A stretch of 64,000 nt of DNA, taken from NCBI GenBank assembly GCA_963829055.1, contig CAWHHI010000012.1, forward strand, positions 320,001 through 384,000. Direction: 5' to 3'. Each line of letters begins with the position of its first letter. Position 1 is the first letter of the stretch. The notes under the pieces are model-generated. The model saw only the letters and a program-made list of their open reading frames with translations, was not told the origin of the DNA and did not search any database. Positions 44,861 through 55,928 of this stretch are shown piece after piece. The stretch comes from an uncultured Gemmatimonadaceae bacterium (GTDB taxonomy: Bacteria > Gemmatimonadota > Gemmatimonadetes > Gemmatimonadales > Gemmatimonadaceae). Position numbers and translations under genes: made by a program.

Positions 44861-47800
44861 ATGATTCGCTTGCGGGCGTTAGGGCAATGCGTCGTCGAGG
44901 TCGGCGACCATCAGATCACGCCGGAATCGGACGTCCTCTTCGCGCTTCTGCTGTTCCTCAGCATGAGCGCGGGACGCGCCGTTCCCCGCGCTGAGCTGCT
45001 GGATCTACTCTGGCCCGATAGCGCGCCAAGAAACGCGCGACATCGCCTGCGGCAGGCGCTCTATCAACTCAAGAAGCTCGGCGCTCCGCTCGGGACGCTC
45101 GACTCGTTCGTCAATCGTGCGCGAAGCGGACGTCGAGGTCGACTACGTCCTCGGTGCGAGGAGTCGCCAGGCGCTGACGCGATCGGTCGCGGAAACGTCG
45201 CCGCTCGACTTCCTTCCGCACTATACGCCGACGTTCTCGGAGCCGTTCGCCCGCTGGGTGGAGTCCGAGCGTGATCGTGTGCGTGGGTCACTGCGTCGCT
45301 ATCTGCTGGAGGTCGTGGCGGACGCGCGACTCCGCGGGGACCACGCCGCCATCGTCGTGCTCGCGCGGGCATGCCTGGACCTCGATCCGCTGAATGGCGA
45401 CGCGACGTTCGCGCTGGCGGAAGCCCTCGCCGTGCGTGGCAACAGGGCCGAAGCGCTGGGCGTGCTCGATCAGTATCGGGCAGAGCGCCGAACGGATCAT
45501 GACGAGTCGCTGCGCGCCGCTCTGGCGCTTGCGGAAGCGGATTCTCGAGGCGGCGCGGCGATCGCCGTACGACGCGTCGCGTCAGGCGGAGCTCGTCGGT
45601 CGCGCGGAGATCGTGAGCGATCTGAGCGCGTGGATCTCCACCGGTGCCCACGTACGAACCGTCCTGGCGCTCTCGGGCGAGGCGGGTATCGGAAAAACCC
45701 GCCTGCTCGCGGAGGGCGCGCGCATTGCCGCGCTGCATGGCTTCCGCTGCCTCGAGTATCGCCCGGGCGCGAACGGCGAGGACCGCCCGCTCGCGGGGCT
45801 GCTGGATCTTCTCCCGCAGTTGCTCGCGCTTCCGGGAGCAGTCGGGTGCAACCCCGATTCGTACGGACGCCTCACGGAGCTCGCGCGTGGCGTTCACGCC
45901 GAGACCTCGATTCCGGCGGACACGACCGACTCGGCGTTCCGCTTCGCGACCTTGAGGCGGTCGGTCCTCGACCTCATCGAGGCGATTCTGACCGAGTGCG
46001 GCATTCTGCTGTCGCTCGACGATGCGCACGCGTTGGATCGGCCAACGCTCGAGATTCTGCTCGATGCGACCCGGTGCGGTGGACATCGGTTGGCGGTGCT
46101 GACAGCGATGCGTCCGGTGGGGCCGACGGCGGCGTTCCTGGAGGCACGCGCCGATGTGCGCCTCGTTCGCGTGCCTCGGCTCGATGCGGCGGCGTCGAGG
46201 CTGGTGGTGGCGCGGGATCTTCCGCCGCACGTCGCGGCGGAGCGCAAGAAGCTGATCGACTGGGCGGTGGACCTGGCGAACGGGAACCCCTTCTTCCTGG
46301 TCGAACTGTCAGCACACTGCGGGGGTGACGATCCGGGCGAATCTCTGCCGGAGTCCCTGCAGAGCGCGTTGGAGCGGAAGCTGGACGCGTTGTCGGCAAA
46401 CGCGAGGCTCGTGGTGCAGGCGTGTGCCGTGCTGGCGCAGAATTCGACGCTGGCGCGCCTGGAGACGATGTTGGCCCTGCCACCCCATGCGACGGCGAGC
46501 GCGCTGTCAGAATTGGAGCTGGCGGGCCTTATCGCGTCGCGTGATGGTCGGGTGGGGTGTCGGCATGATCTGATCGCGGATGCGGTGATGCGCGGGCTGG
46601 GTGGGACGCTCGGGAGCTACATGCATCGCCGGTGCGCGGTGGTGCTGGACCAGGAGCTGCGGTCGTCACCGGTGCCGTCTATCGCGTGGGACTGCGCACG
46701 GCACTGGGATGCGGCTGACGAACCGACGCGAGCACTCGAGCTGACCGGACTCATTGTCGACCGGTTGCTTTCGCTTGGGCCTGCCGAAGGCTGCAGCAGA
46801 CCTGTGCAGCGAGCAGAGCGGTACTGCAGGACGCGCAGAACAGCACGCCGAGCGGCTCTGTCGACTCAGCCGGGCTCTGCCGACTACTGTACGACTGGGA
46901 CGGCGTAATTGACGCACTGGAAAAGCGTCGGACGACTACTTCGAACCGCAGTCGACACTCGGCAGAGCATACGCGGAAGATGAGATCGCGCTGTTCGAAG
47001 CTCGATGGTGGCGCGACTACGACGGTCGCGTGCTCCGCCCGCGCTTCGGCGCGTAGTCGATGAGACGAGCGCCAACGCTCCATCGACTGCAAATGGCCGT
47101 CTTAGCCTGATCGTGGCTGACAACCACCAACGCGCGCGGACGCAGCTGACCAAATCGCGGGAATGCGTGGAAACAGTCGATCGCCACGACGCCCGCGAGA
47201 GACTCGAACAAGAGCTAGGGCTCGACTGTCTATCACTCTGCGTTCGGCGATCTCGACGAAGCCGTCTCGGACGGCAACGCGCGTTGTCGAGACCGAGCGA
47301 AGCGTAGCGGCACTTCGGCTGGACTTACTGCAGCGCGCTTCGCTGGTCGAGTATCCCTCTTAAGTTCGCTAACAACATGAAAGCGGCAATTGCAGCGCCT
47401 TCGACGAGGCCTATGATCGAGCGTCGCGGTCTAGAGCTTAGCGCCGAAATGTGGAATGCCGCCTACTATCTTGGAGGACCTCGCGCTGACTGCGAGGACG
47501 TGCGTCTCGCAGCTGGAATGGGCTCCGATATGCATGGCGATCGCTAGCGGAAGACGCCGACCGATCACCGCTAAGATGCTTCGACTCGACTACTTCTGGC
47601 TCGATTAGCGTTAATGCACGGCGATGTCAGCGGGCCGAGGCAACTTCTTGATCGATCGCGTGGCAGCTTGAGAACAGTCGATACCTCGGACGCGCGCCGA
47701 GCGAATCCGTGCTGGCACTGGATGTATTGCTCAGAGTGCGAACGACGGGAGCACACGCGTCTCGAGCCAGCTCGTTGCAGCGCCTGCAGCGGCTGCACTT

Positions 47801-48009
47801 CAGCACTCGCGAGTGCGGAGTCCACGACTTTGAGACGGCGCCGCTATCATGGCCGGACTTCTGCACTCGGCGAAGTGGGATGACGCGAAGCGCATCTACG
47901 ACATCTACTATGCGCCAATTCCGACGATCACGTAGCTCGCGGTCCACTCGACGTTACGCAGGTCCAGAGCACTAGATCCGCTACCACGCTTGAGCGCAGT
48001 GCGCGCTAG
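44861..48009 (+). CDS. SARP/BTAD-like transcriptional regulator with AAA ATPase and helical C-terminus (many frameshifts)
   Basis: MIRLRALG..ELLDLLWP..LRQALYQL, LDPLNG, LVGRAE, GEAGIGKTRL, LDDAH, NGNPFFL, RHDLI. The C-terminal third is badly fragmented and the end is approximate. Confidence 0.75.
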
Positions 48010-49344
48010 ATCACCTTGGTCGCCAGTTCGCATTCTTGGGCGACGCCGTTCGGCGTACGATCGATAGATTTCAGCCCAGGCTTCGCGTCGTCGACAATGC
48101 GGTCGCAAATCGCCGGGTCGAACTGCCGTCCTCGGAATCGCACGAACTCAGCTTTCGCCTCATCGACGCCAGCGCCTTCCGGTAAGGCCGGTCGGTCGTC
48201 ATCGCATCCAGCGTGTCGGCGAACATGATGATCCGCGATGCCAGCGGGAATCGACTCGCCCTTAATTCCGTCCGGATATCCGGTGCCGTCCCAGTTCTCG
48301 TGGTGATGTACGCACCGCCGGAACGACGTCCTTCGAGACTCGAGAGCAGACCAACGAGCTCGGCACTCCGAATCGGGTGACGCTTCATCATGTCCCACTC
48401 TTCTGGCGTTAGGCGACCCTCTTTCGCCAGAATTGGAGCAAACGCTTCGTCAATTTTTCCAACATCGTGAAGCAGCGCCGCAACGCCTACTCGCTCGACC
48501 TCAGCCGGCCGCAGCCCAATGGCGCTCGCGATGATCTTCGATGCTCGTGAGACGCGTTGGGAGTGGCCGGACGTGTACGGATCGCGCGCTTCGATTGCCG
48601 CGACCATCAGATCGAGCAGTTCTTCGGTGACCTTCGTTAGCTCAACGGTCGTTCGATACAGCTGCCGAACGCCCAGCAACGGGATGACCAGCGCCGCCGC
48701 ACCGCCTGGACCGAGGCCGCTGTAGAGCCACGCTAGGTAGAAGGTCAGAAACGCGGTGAGCGCAATGAATGGAGCAGTCGGCAGCGTGGTCGCCTTCCAG
48801 ATATCGACCACGCTGCGTTGCTGAACGATCGCGACCACGCCGCTGACGGTCGCCGTGTTTACCAGGATGACGCGTCAGCGACCAAGCAGGCCCGACCGAG
48901 CACCAGCTGCGAACGCGCGACGACGAGGAACGACGACCGCTTGGAGCAAGGAAAGACGAGCCACCTGCAGCTCTGTACACAAGTATCGCGAGCGACAGAC
49001 CCAAGTACCATTTGGGCGACGTTGAATAGCGCCCTTGACCCAGTGTCGCTTGCAGAGGATTTGAACCGATGCGCTGCCCACGCCGATTGCGGCAACAGCC
49101 GCCCAAGTCGGGCGCACAAAGCGCAGCCGCAGCGAACGGGATCAGTGAGATCGATCCGGTGCGCGCCCTTCGACGTGCTCATAGCTCAGCATTTCGGCGC
49201 CGACACCGAGAGCAGACAGCATAATAGCGCCGCGTAGAAACTGCGCACGCGTAACGCCGCCGATGCGTCTGTACAGACTACTAAGGCGGCAGCGATCCGG
49301 CGACTAGCGCAAACGATCGCGACGAACGGCAACGCCCGCTGCAT
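48006..49344 (-). CDS. Membrane-bound HD-GYP phosphodiesterase (frameshifted)
   Basis: Multi-TM N-terminus; EARDPYTSGHSQRV, LLHDVGK, HHENWDGTGYPDG, ADTLDAMTTDRPYR and QFDP motifs. Confidence 0.88.
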
Positions 49345-49590
49345 TTCGTTGCCCGAATTCGCACGAGGACGCCGCCGCGTCTCAAACACGCCCTGCCAAG
49401 GGCGCGGCGAGAGTCTCGTTAGGTCATTGCTTGGTCGGCTCACAGGCATTCGTCAGCTGGGCGCGGCTCGTCAGGGTGGAGTCGTGGAGGGCGGCCCTGC
49501 GTCAGGCTGAGGCTATGTCGCGCTACAGAAAGTCGCCCTGGTGGTCGCGAATACATGTTGCGAGTAGACACCGAGGGCCCCGCTCCTCCC

Positions 49591-49638
49591 CTAGATCCAA
49601 CTGATCATCTGGGCCAGGGCAAGGATCCAAGAGATCAT
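49591..49638 (-). CDS. Putative 15-aa micropeptide MISWILALAQMISWI
   Basis: GGGAGGTG RBS 9 nt before ATG ATC TCT TGG ATC CTT GCC CTG GCC CAG ATG ATC AGT TGG ATC TAG. Confidence 0.65.
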   Translation of the reverse strand: MISWILALAQMISWI

Positions 49639-49885
49639 AAAACGCGTCACCTCCCATTCAGTAACGTCATACGCGCTTTTTGGGCGACGTATGCGACTCA
49701 GGTTGGCTCCGCTCGTAGTGCTTACTGGATTTGCCCGCTCAACTCGACTCCGCTCCTTGCGGGAACGGGGGCCGTCTCGGTTGTCGACTTACTTATCTGA
49801 GGATCGCCTCTCGACTCCTATTCCTGAAGTTTGATCTCAGTCGCACCGGCGCAGACACGGCACGACCTGTTCGCTAGTACGTATG

Positions 49886-50725
49886 CTATCGCGTATGCGC
49901 GATCCAGCGGTTCGTCGCATCCAACACGGCCAACACACTCGCCGTCTCGGCGCTTTCCCGGATCTCGCAGCTTCCCGTCAACAAGGCACTCGTCCGCGCC
50001 AGCCGCGCCGTCACACCGACGAACACGAACTCGCGATCGAACGCCTCGATCAGTCGCACGCCATCCAGCGCCAACGCGCGATCACTCGGCTCCGCCAGCG
50101 CCAGCGCCTGTAACGCCGCCCGCGCCGCGAGCTCGATGCGCGATCGCTCGTTCTCCATTCCCTCGGCCTCGCCCACAAAGGACTCGTCGCCCTTCTTGAG
50201 CGTCACGCGACAGGCGATCCCCTTCGCGCGCGACCGGCGCACTTCGACGTCCTCGAAGTAGAGCAGCCGCCCATTCGCGCGCTCCACCTTCACCGGCAGC
50301 GTCGGCGTCACGGGCGCAGCAGCGGCGGCATCCGCCGCCGCCTTCGCCTCACGCTCCTTCGCGGCCTCGCGCAACGCTTCCTTCGATGGTTGCGATTCCA
50401 ACGTTGTCGCCACCGAGATCTTGCGATGGTCGACACGCATGCCGAGATGCGCGATCAACGCGCTCTCGATATTGCGAACCGTCTGCTTCGGTGTGACTTC
50501 CGACGTCGTGAGCACGTGGATCTCATCCACCGCGCCGTTGTCACTCGCGATGATCCGCGCCGCGATCACTCCCGGCAGCGTCGCCAGCAACTCCTCCGCA
50601 CGCCTGATGGGAAGAACGCTGCCAGCTATGAGCGAAGAAGAATGCGGGAGCGGCTGCGGCACAGTCATTCGGGGAGGGGGCGAGGCAGGCCGCGATGCGG
50701 CCCAGTACAACGGCGTGTGTGACAT
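49886..50725 (-). CDS. Conserved-looking two-domain hypothetical protein
   Basis: N-domain EIHVLTTSEVTPKQTVRNIESAL..VDHRKISVA, Ala/Glu/Lys linker, C-domain CRVTLKKGDESFVGEAEG..AARAALQAL..AVLDATNR. Start at 50725 or 50668. Confidence 0.85.
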   Translation of the reverse strand: MSHTPLYWAASRPASPPPRMTVPQPLPHSSSLIAGSVLPIRRAEELLATLPGVIAARIIASDNGAVDEIHVLTTSEVTPKQTVRNIESALIAHLGMRVDHRKISVATTLESQPSKEALREAAKEREAKAAADAAAAAPVTPTLPVKVERANGRLLYFEDVEVRRSRAKGIACRVTLKKGDESFVGEAEGMENERSRIELAARAALQALALAEPSDRALALDGVRLIEAFDREFVFVGVTARLARTSALLTGSCEIRESAETASVLAVLDATNRWIAHTR

Positions 50726-50775
50726 GTTCCGCCGACAGTCTCCGGTAGGTCAACCGGGGGGATTTTGGCCGGACT

Positions 50776-50804
50776 ATTATGAGCCCGATGAGGCTGTTAA
50801 TCAA
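50776..50804 (-). promoter_or_regulatory. Sigma70-like promoter
   Basis: TTGATT-17 nt-CATAAT on the minus strand, upstream of the hypothetical gene. Confidence 0.55.
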
Positions 50805-52452
50805 GCGCGGAAGTGTCCACAACCAATTGGTATTCTCTAAGCTTCCGGTACAGCGTCCGCTCTCCTATCCCTAACAACTCCGCCGCCTTACGACGATTGC
50901 CGCGCGTCTCTCGCAACGCCGACTCGATGGCCGCGCGCTCGATCTCCGCCATCGTCATCCCCGGCCGAATCGTCACAACGCTCGGAGGGGGCGGCTGGTC
51001 CCGCGGTTCGATGCCCGATGGCGCCAAACGGAGCGCCGGACGACACGTCCGCCGGCCATACCGGGCCGCGCCCAGGACCGAGTGCCGGGGTTTGCGCCGG
51101 GCCGGGCATCGTGCGGTCGATCACTTCGATCGGTGGTCCGAGGACACTACTCGCCGCGCGCGTCAGCTGCTCGCGCGCCATGCGCTCTTCACCGAGTTGC
51201 CGGCGGAGCTCCTCGACCTGGAGCTTGAGCTCGACGAGACTCCGCACGATGAACTCCAACTCCCGCCCCTCGACGCCGGAGCGCTCGCGAACGATCGGCC
51301 CGACATGGACGGGAAGAAATCGTGCCGTCCCGCCCTCACGAATCTGACGCGGGATGTCGGCCGGGCCGATCTCGCGTCCGGGCGCGAGCACCACCATGCT
51401 CTCCACCAGATTGCGCAGCTCGCGCACGTTTCCCGGCCACGCATACTGTACGAGCTTGTCGAGCGCCTCCGGAGAGATGCCCTTGAACGGGCGATCGTGC
51501 TGACGCGACAGCTCGGTGATGAACTGCCTGACGAGTATCGGAATGTCCTCACGCCGTTCGCGCAGCGGCGGGAGATAGATGCTCAGCACGTTCAACCGGT
51601 AGTAGAGGTCAGCGCGAAACCTCCCCTCCTCGATCCCGTCGCGCAGCGGATTGTTCGTCGCCGCGATCGACACGCACATCGACGGGAATGGTCTGCGTGC
51701 CACCGACGCGCGTGATCTCGCGCTCCTCGAGCACGCGCAACAGCTTCACCTGCGTCGCGAGCGGCACGTCGCCGATCTCGTCGAGAAAGATCGTGCCGGT
51801 ATTCGCAAGCTCGAAGCGACCGATGCGTCGCTCGGTCGGCGCCGGTGAACGAGCCCTTCTCGTGTCCGAACAGCTCACTCTCGAGTAGCGTGTCCGGCAG
51901 CGCCCCGACGTTCACGGCGATGAACGGCTTCGACCGTCGTGGACTGAGCCGATGAATCGCTCGCGCAACCAGCTCCTTGCCCGTTCCGCTCTCGCCCTCG
52001 ATGAGCACCGTGCTGGATACCGGCGCGATCTGCTCGACCTTCACGAGCACTTCGCGGATGGCTTCCGACTGTCCGATCAGTCCCGTTAGGCGCGACAGCC
52101 GCCGCCGATCGAGCAGTCGCCGAATCGCGTCGACCACCTCGTCGACCACGATCGGCTTCGGATACACCTCCACGAAACCGATCGCGCGCAGCCGTTCATC
52201 GATCTCGGGATCGCGGACGTCCGCCAGCCCAACGACGGCCACACCTTCCCACAGCATCTCCCGAACGAGCGCGACGTTCTGCGGATCGACGAGCGCTCCA
52301 GTCATGACAATGACGTCGGGCTGCTCACGTCGGATGGCGCCGCGGACGTCGTCGAGTGGAGATACCACCGCGGTCTCCACACCGGATGCCTCGAGTTGGG
52401 CGTTGAGGCGAACCGCAGGTTCGACGTCGGTCAGACTAATCAGGACTTTCAC
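50797..52452 (-). CDS. Sigma54-dependent Fis-family activator with atypical receiver (frameshifts)
   Basis: [45 protein letters not shown]-terminal [21 protein letters not shown]. Confidence 0.92.
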
Positions 52453-52533
52453 AGAACGGCTGGCTGGTTGCTGGTGCTCGTCCCCGGTCGTCGCGGCGCG
52501 TTGATCTGCTAGCGGTGACCAGTTGGCAGTGAT

Positions 52534-53016
52534 TCAATGGTCGGTTCGTTCACCCCGGACGATCGCGACCGCGTGATCGACGATGGGCACGAGGGCCGCG
52601 AGCGCGTCGCGCACGCCGCCCGGCGACCCGGGCAGGTTCACGATGAGCGTGCGGTGTCGCGATCCCGCGACTCCACGTGACAGTGCCGCGCGCGGGAATG
52701 CGTCGATGCAGGTCACACGGATGCGCTCGGCGATCCCGTCCGCCTCGCGCTCGAGCACCGCGCGAGTCGCCTCGGGCGTGTTGTCGCGGGCAGATAGTCC
52801 CGTGCCGCCCGTGGTCAATACGAGGTCGGCGCCGTCGCCATCGCACCAGGCGAGCAGCTGCCTAACGATCGCCACCGAATCGTCAGGCACGAGCGCGCGC
52901 CGCTCGATCGCGTAGCCGCGGCCTTCGGCCCAGGACACGATGGCATCTCCCGAACCGTCCGCGCGCTCACCGCGTGCGCCCGCGTCCGAGATGGTCAATA
53001 CGGCGACGCGCACCAC
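52534..53016 (-). CDS. MogA/MoaB family molybdenum cofactor biosynthesis protein
   Basis: LTISD, TTGGTGLSARDNTPEA, NLPGSPGG. Confidence 0.92.
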   Translation of the reverse strand: MVRVAVLTISDAGARGERADGSGDAIVSWAEGRGYAIERRALVPDDSVAIVRQLLAWCDGDGADLVLTTGGTGLSARDNTPEATRAVLEREADGIAERIRVTCIDAFPRAALSRGVAGSRHRTLIVNLPGSPGGVRDALAALVPIVDHAVAIVRGERTDH

Positions 53017-53045
53017 CGACTCCCTCCTGCTGGGCCGCTTCTCGG

Positions 53046-54161
53046 CTAAAGATGACTCGCGTTCTTGTAGAACGGAGTCTTCGCGACCTCCGCTTTGACG
53101 AGCTTGCCGCGAATGTCGATGCCGATTTCACTGCCGGGCTTCGCATGCGCAGTCGGCACGTAACAGGTGCCGATCGGGACGTTGAGCGACGGACTCAACG
53201 TGCCGCTGCAGACGACGCCACTAGGCTCACCGTTGACCAGGACGGGGTAGCCATGGCGAGGGAACGCCCGCTCCGACGTCGTGAATCCCACGAGCTTGCG
53301 CGGAATTCCCTGCTCTTTCTGCCTGACGAGTGCGTCGCGGCCAACGAAGTCCCCCTTCGGCAGCTTCACGATCCACCCGAGATTCGCTTCGAGCGGCGTC
53401 ACGGTGTCGTCGATATCGTTGCCGTAGAGCGCCATGCCCATCTCGAGTCGCAGCGAGTCACGGCAGCCGAGCCCCGCGGGTGTGACCTCGCCGCCGGCGG
53501 TGAGCGCATTCCAGATGTGCGCGGCGCGCGTGTTGTCGAAGTACAGCTCGAAGCCGTCCTCGCCGGTGTAGCCCGTTCGCGAGACGATGATGTCCGGTAT
53601 TCCTGCGACGGTGCCGACAGCGAAGTGATAGTACTTGATCGTCGAGAGGTCGACGTTCGTCAACGGTTGGAGAATCCGCGCCGCCTGTGGGCCCTGCAGC
53701 GCGAGCAGCGCGATCTCCTCGCTCACATCCTCGATGCGCGCCTCGAACCGATCGAGGTGCTGACTGATATGTGCGAGGTCCTTCACGACGTTCGACGCGT
53801 TCACCACCATCATGAGGTGATCGTCGAAGCGATACACCAGACAGTCGTCCTCGAACGTGCCGCGCTCGTTCAGGATCGACGAATAGTGCGCCTGCCCGAT
53901 GGCAAGGCCGGCGACATCATTCGTCGTGACGTGCGAGACGAACTTGATCGCGTCGGCACCACGAATGATGAATTCACCCATGTGACTGACGTCGAACAAC
54001 CCGGCACGGTCCCTCACCGCCTTGTGTTCCGTGGTGATGCCGCTGGGGTACTGAACCGGCATCTCGTAGCCGGCAAACGGCACCATCTTGGCGCCGAGGC
54101 CGACGTGGATATCGTGGAGGGGCGTACGCTTGAGCGCCGCGCCGCTGTCGGTGGTGGTCAT
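53046..54161 (-). CDS. gcvT: Glycine cleavage system aminomethyltransferase T
   Basis: RTPLH, FAGYEMPVQY, FDVSHMGE, SRTGYTGEDGFE, RDSLRLE. Confidence 0.97.
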   Translation of the reverse strand: MTTTDSGAALKRTPLHDIHVGLGAKMVPFAGYEMPVQYPSGITTEHKAVRDRAGLFDVSHMGEFIIRGADAIKFVSHVTTNDVAGLAIGQAHYSSILNERGTFEDDCLVYRFDDHLMMVVNASNVVKDLAHISQHLDRFEARIEDVSEEIALLALQGPQAARILQPLTNVDLSTIKYYHFAVGTVAGIPDIIVSRTGYTGEDGFELYFDNTRAAHIWNALTAGGEVTPAGLGCRDSLRLEMGMALYGNDIDDTVTPLEANLGWIVKLPKGDFVGRDALVRQKEQGIPRKLVGFTTSERAFPRHGYPVLVNGEPSGVVCSGTLSPSLNVPIGTCYVPTAHAKPGSEIGIDIRGKLVKAEVAKTPFYKNASHL

Positions 54162-54206
54162 GATCGTGATGCTCCTGCAGGTACGCGAAGTACGGAGGTC
54201 GACAAC

Positions 54207-55094
54207 ATGGAAGGCAGGAATATGCCGGACTGGCAGCCGACGGCGAAAGGCCGCATCGCGTTTGTGACGCCGCTCGTGTGGCTACTCATGCTGGCAGTCA
54301 GTTCCTCGATATGCAGCGCGCAGTTCGGCGTGCTCGGCGGCAAGACCGCCGGCGCCCAGGTGCTCGTGATCGGAAGTTACCACATGAGCAACCCCGGTCT
54401 CGACGCGGTGAACATCACCGCCGACGACGTACTCGCCCCGAAGCGACAGCGCGAGATCGAGCAGCTCGCGGATCGCATCGCCGCGTTTCGCCCGACGAAG
54501 GTCGCGCTCGAGATCCCGTACGGGCGAGACTCGACGTCCAACATGCTGTACCGACGCTACGTCCAGGGGACGTACGCGCTCGATCACACGGAGATGCAGC
54601 AACTCGGATTTCGCATCGCGAAGGCAGCAGGCTTGCCGCGCATCTACGGCGTCGACTACAACCTCGACGTGAACGTCGCCAGCGTCATGGTGTGGGCGCT
54701 CACGCACGGCCAGGCGGACCTGCCCGCGGCGGTGCAGTCGTTGAGCACGCGACTGCTTGCCGAGGTGGACAGCATGATGAAGCACGCGACCGTGGGTGAG
54801 ATCGTGGCGACGCTCAACTCACCGCGTGCCGACTCCGCGCACGCGATCTACCTCGCCGCCTTACGAGTCGGAGCGGACACGGCCTACGTCGGGGCGAACA
54901 TGACGGCGCGATGGTACGAGCGGAATTTCAGGATCGCGTCGAACGTACTGCGTCTCATCGACGCGCCGACTGATCGGGTGCTGGTGCTCATCGGCGCGGC
55001 ACACGGGCCGATCCTGCGCGAGATTCTGTCGGGCGTACCGGGCGTGCGGATGCTTCCACCGGGCGACGCGCTGCGGGGCGCTCCTGGTCGTTAG
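54207..55094 (+). CDS. DUF5694-like exported protein
   Basis: GGAGG RBS; VIGSYHMSNPG..D, QQLGFRIA, WYERN..I, LIGAAH. Confidence 0.75.
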   Translation: MEGRNMPDWQPTAKGRIAFVTPLVWLLMLAVSSSICSAQFGVLGGKTAGAQVLVIGSYHMSNPGLDAVNITADDVLAPKRQREIEQLADRIAAFRPTKVALEIPYGRDSTSNMLYRRYVQGTYALDHTEMQQLGFRIAKAAGLPRIYGVDYNLDVNVASVMVWALTHGQADLPAAVQSLSTRLLAEVDSMMKHATVGEIVATLNSPRADSAHAIYLAALRVGADTAYVGANMTARWYERNFRIASNVLRLIDAPTDRVLVLIGAAHGPILREILSGVPGVRMLPPGDALRGAPGR

Positions 55095-55125
55095 GCGCCC
55101 CGCGGCGTGAACGCGCGGATCGTGG

Positions 55126-55710
55126 TCAGCGCGCCTCGCTATCGACTCCGCGCTGGATCTCGCGCTCGTTCACCGTGCGAATGCTGCCGACGTTCGGCGG
55201 CGACCCGGTGACAATGGCTTTCGCGACTTCGAACAGCACGATGGGTCTGGGCTTGGTCACCTTCATGTAGACCACCGACTCGGCTTCCACGAGGATGAGT
55301 GCGATACGCGGGTCGCGCGGGGAACCGTCGCGGTCGCCACCCTCGTCGCCGAGCCACGCCTTCCAGTCGGGCTTGTACAGCTCGCGTACGAGCTCCGGAT
55401 CGCTAGAGACCGTCGCGAGTCCGGACACGGACACCCACTCGCGTGACCGGTCCTTGTAGTAGGCGAGGTTCACGTGGGGATCGTTCATGAGATCATCGAG
55501 CTTGTGCGCCTCGACATTCGTCATGAACCAGAGGTCGACGCCGCTCGTGCGCTCCTGGGTCTGCATCGGCCGCGATACGAGATGCCCATCGGCACGCCTG
55601 GTGGTGAACATGGCGATCTCGATGCCGTCGATCAGCTCGTACAGATCGTCGAGCTTCTTCTCGGTCGACACTGCGTCATCTCGATTTCTGTCCGTCGCCT
55701 TGTCCGCCAT
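55126..55710 (-). CDS. Pyridoxamine 5'-phosphate oxidase-like general stress protein
   Basis: AMFTT..LVSRPM, LWF, VNLAY, WVSVSG. Confidence 0.88.
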   Translation of the reverse strand: MADKATDRNRDDAVSTEKKLDDLYELIDGIEIAMFTTRRADGHLVSRPMQTQERTSGVDLWFMTNVEAHKLDDLMNDPHVNLAYYKDRSREWVSVSGLATVSSDPELVRELYKPDWKAWLGDEGGDRDGSPRDPRIALILVEAESVVYMKVTKPRPIVLFEVAKAIVTGSPPNVGSIRTVNEREIQRGVDSEAR

Positions 55711-55928
55711 CGTCAGTCACCTCATTCGTTGTATCGGTGTTAAAGCGTAGGCCGAGGCCAAGGGCAGAAGACGTGCCGCAGCAAGGTCGACATGTCGGGA
55801 GATCTTCGGCTTCGGGCTCTTGACCTCGAGGCCCGGGCGGCGGAACGTATCGACGCTGTCGCCGTGCCGTCTCGCATTGCGTCGTGCCTGCGCCCACGCG
55901 TCGCCAATCGCCTACAGAGGACGAGACA

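Noticed and set aside
49438..49570. Second small ORF after the GGGAGGAG that follows the micropeptide stop
   Set aside because: Poor RBS spacing to a GTG and no recognisable peptide pattern; unsupported.
49690..49745. GGGCAAATCC on the minus strand upstream of the micro-ORF as a c-di-GMP-I riboswitch
   Set aside because: It lacks the GAAA tetraloop stem and the following GACGCAAAG/P2 elements. An Rfam scan would settle it.
52974..54206. 706-aa ORF 52974..55094 and other long antisense ORFs (e.g. 64..753, 35699..36982, 56108..57187)
   Set aside because: These are shadow frames of real opposite-strand genes in high-GC DNA. Only the part from about 54207 is a credible gene.
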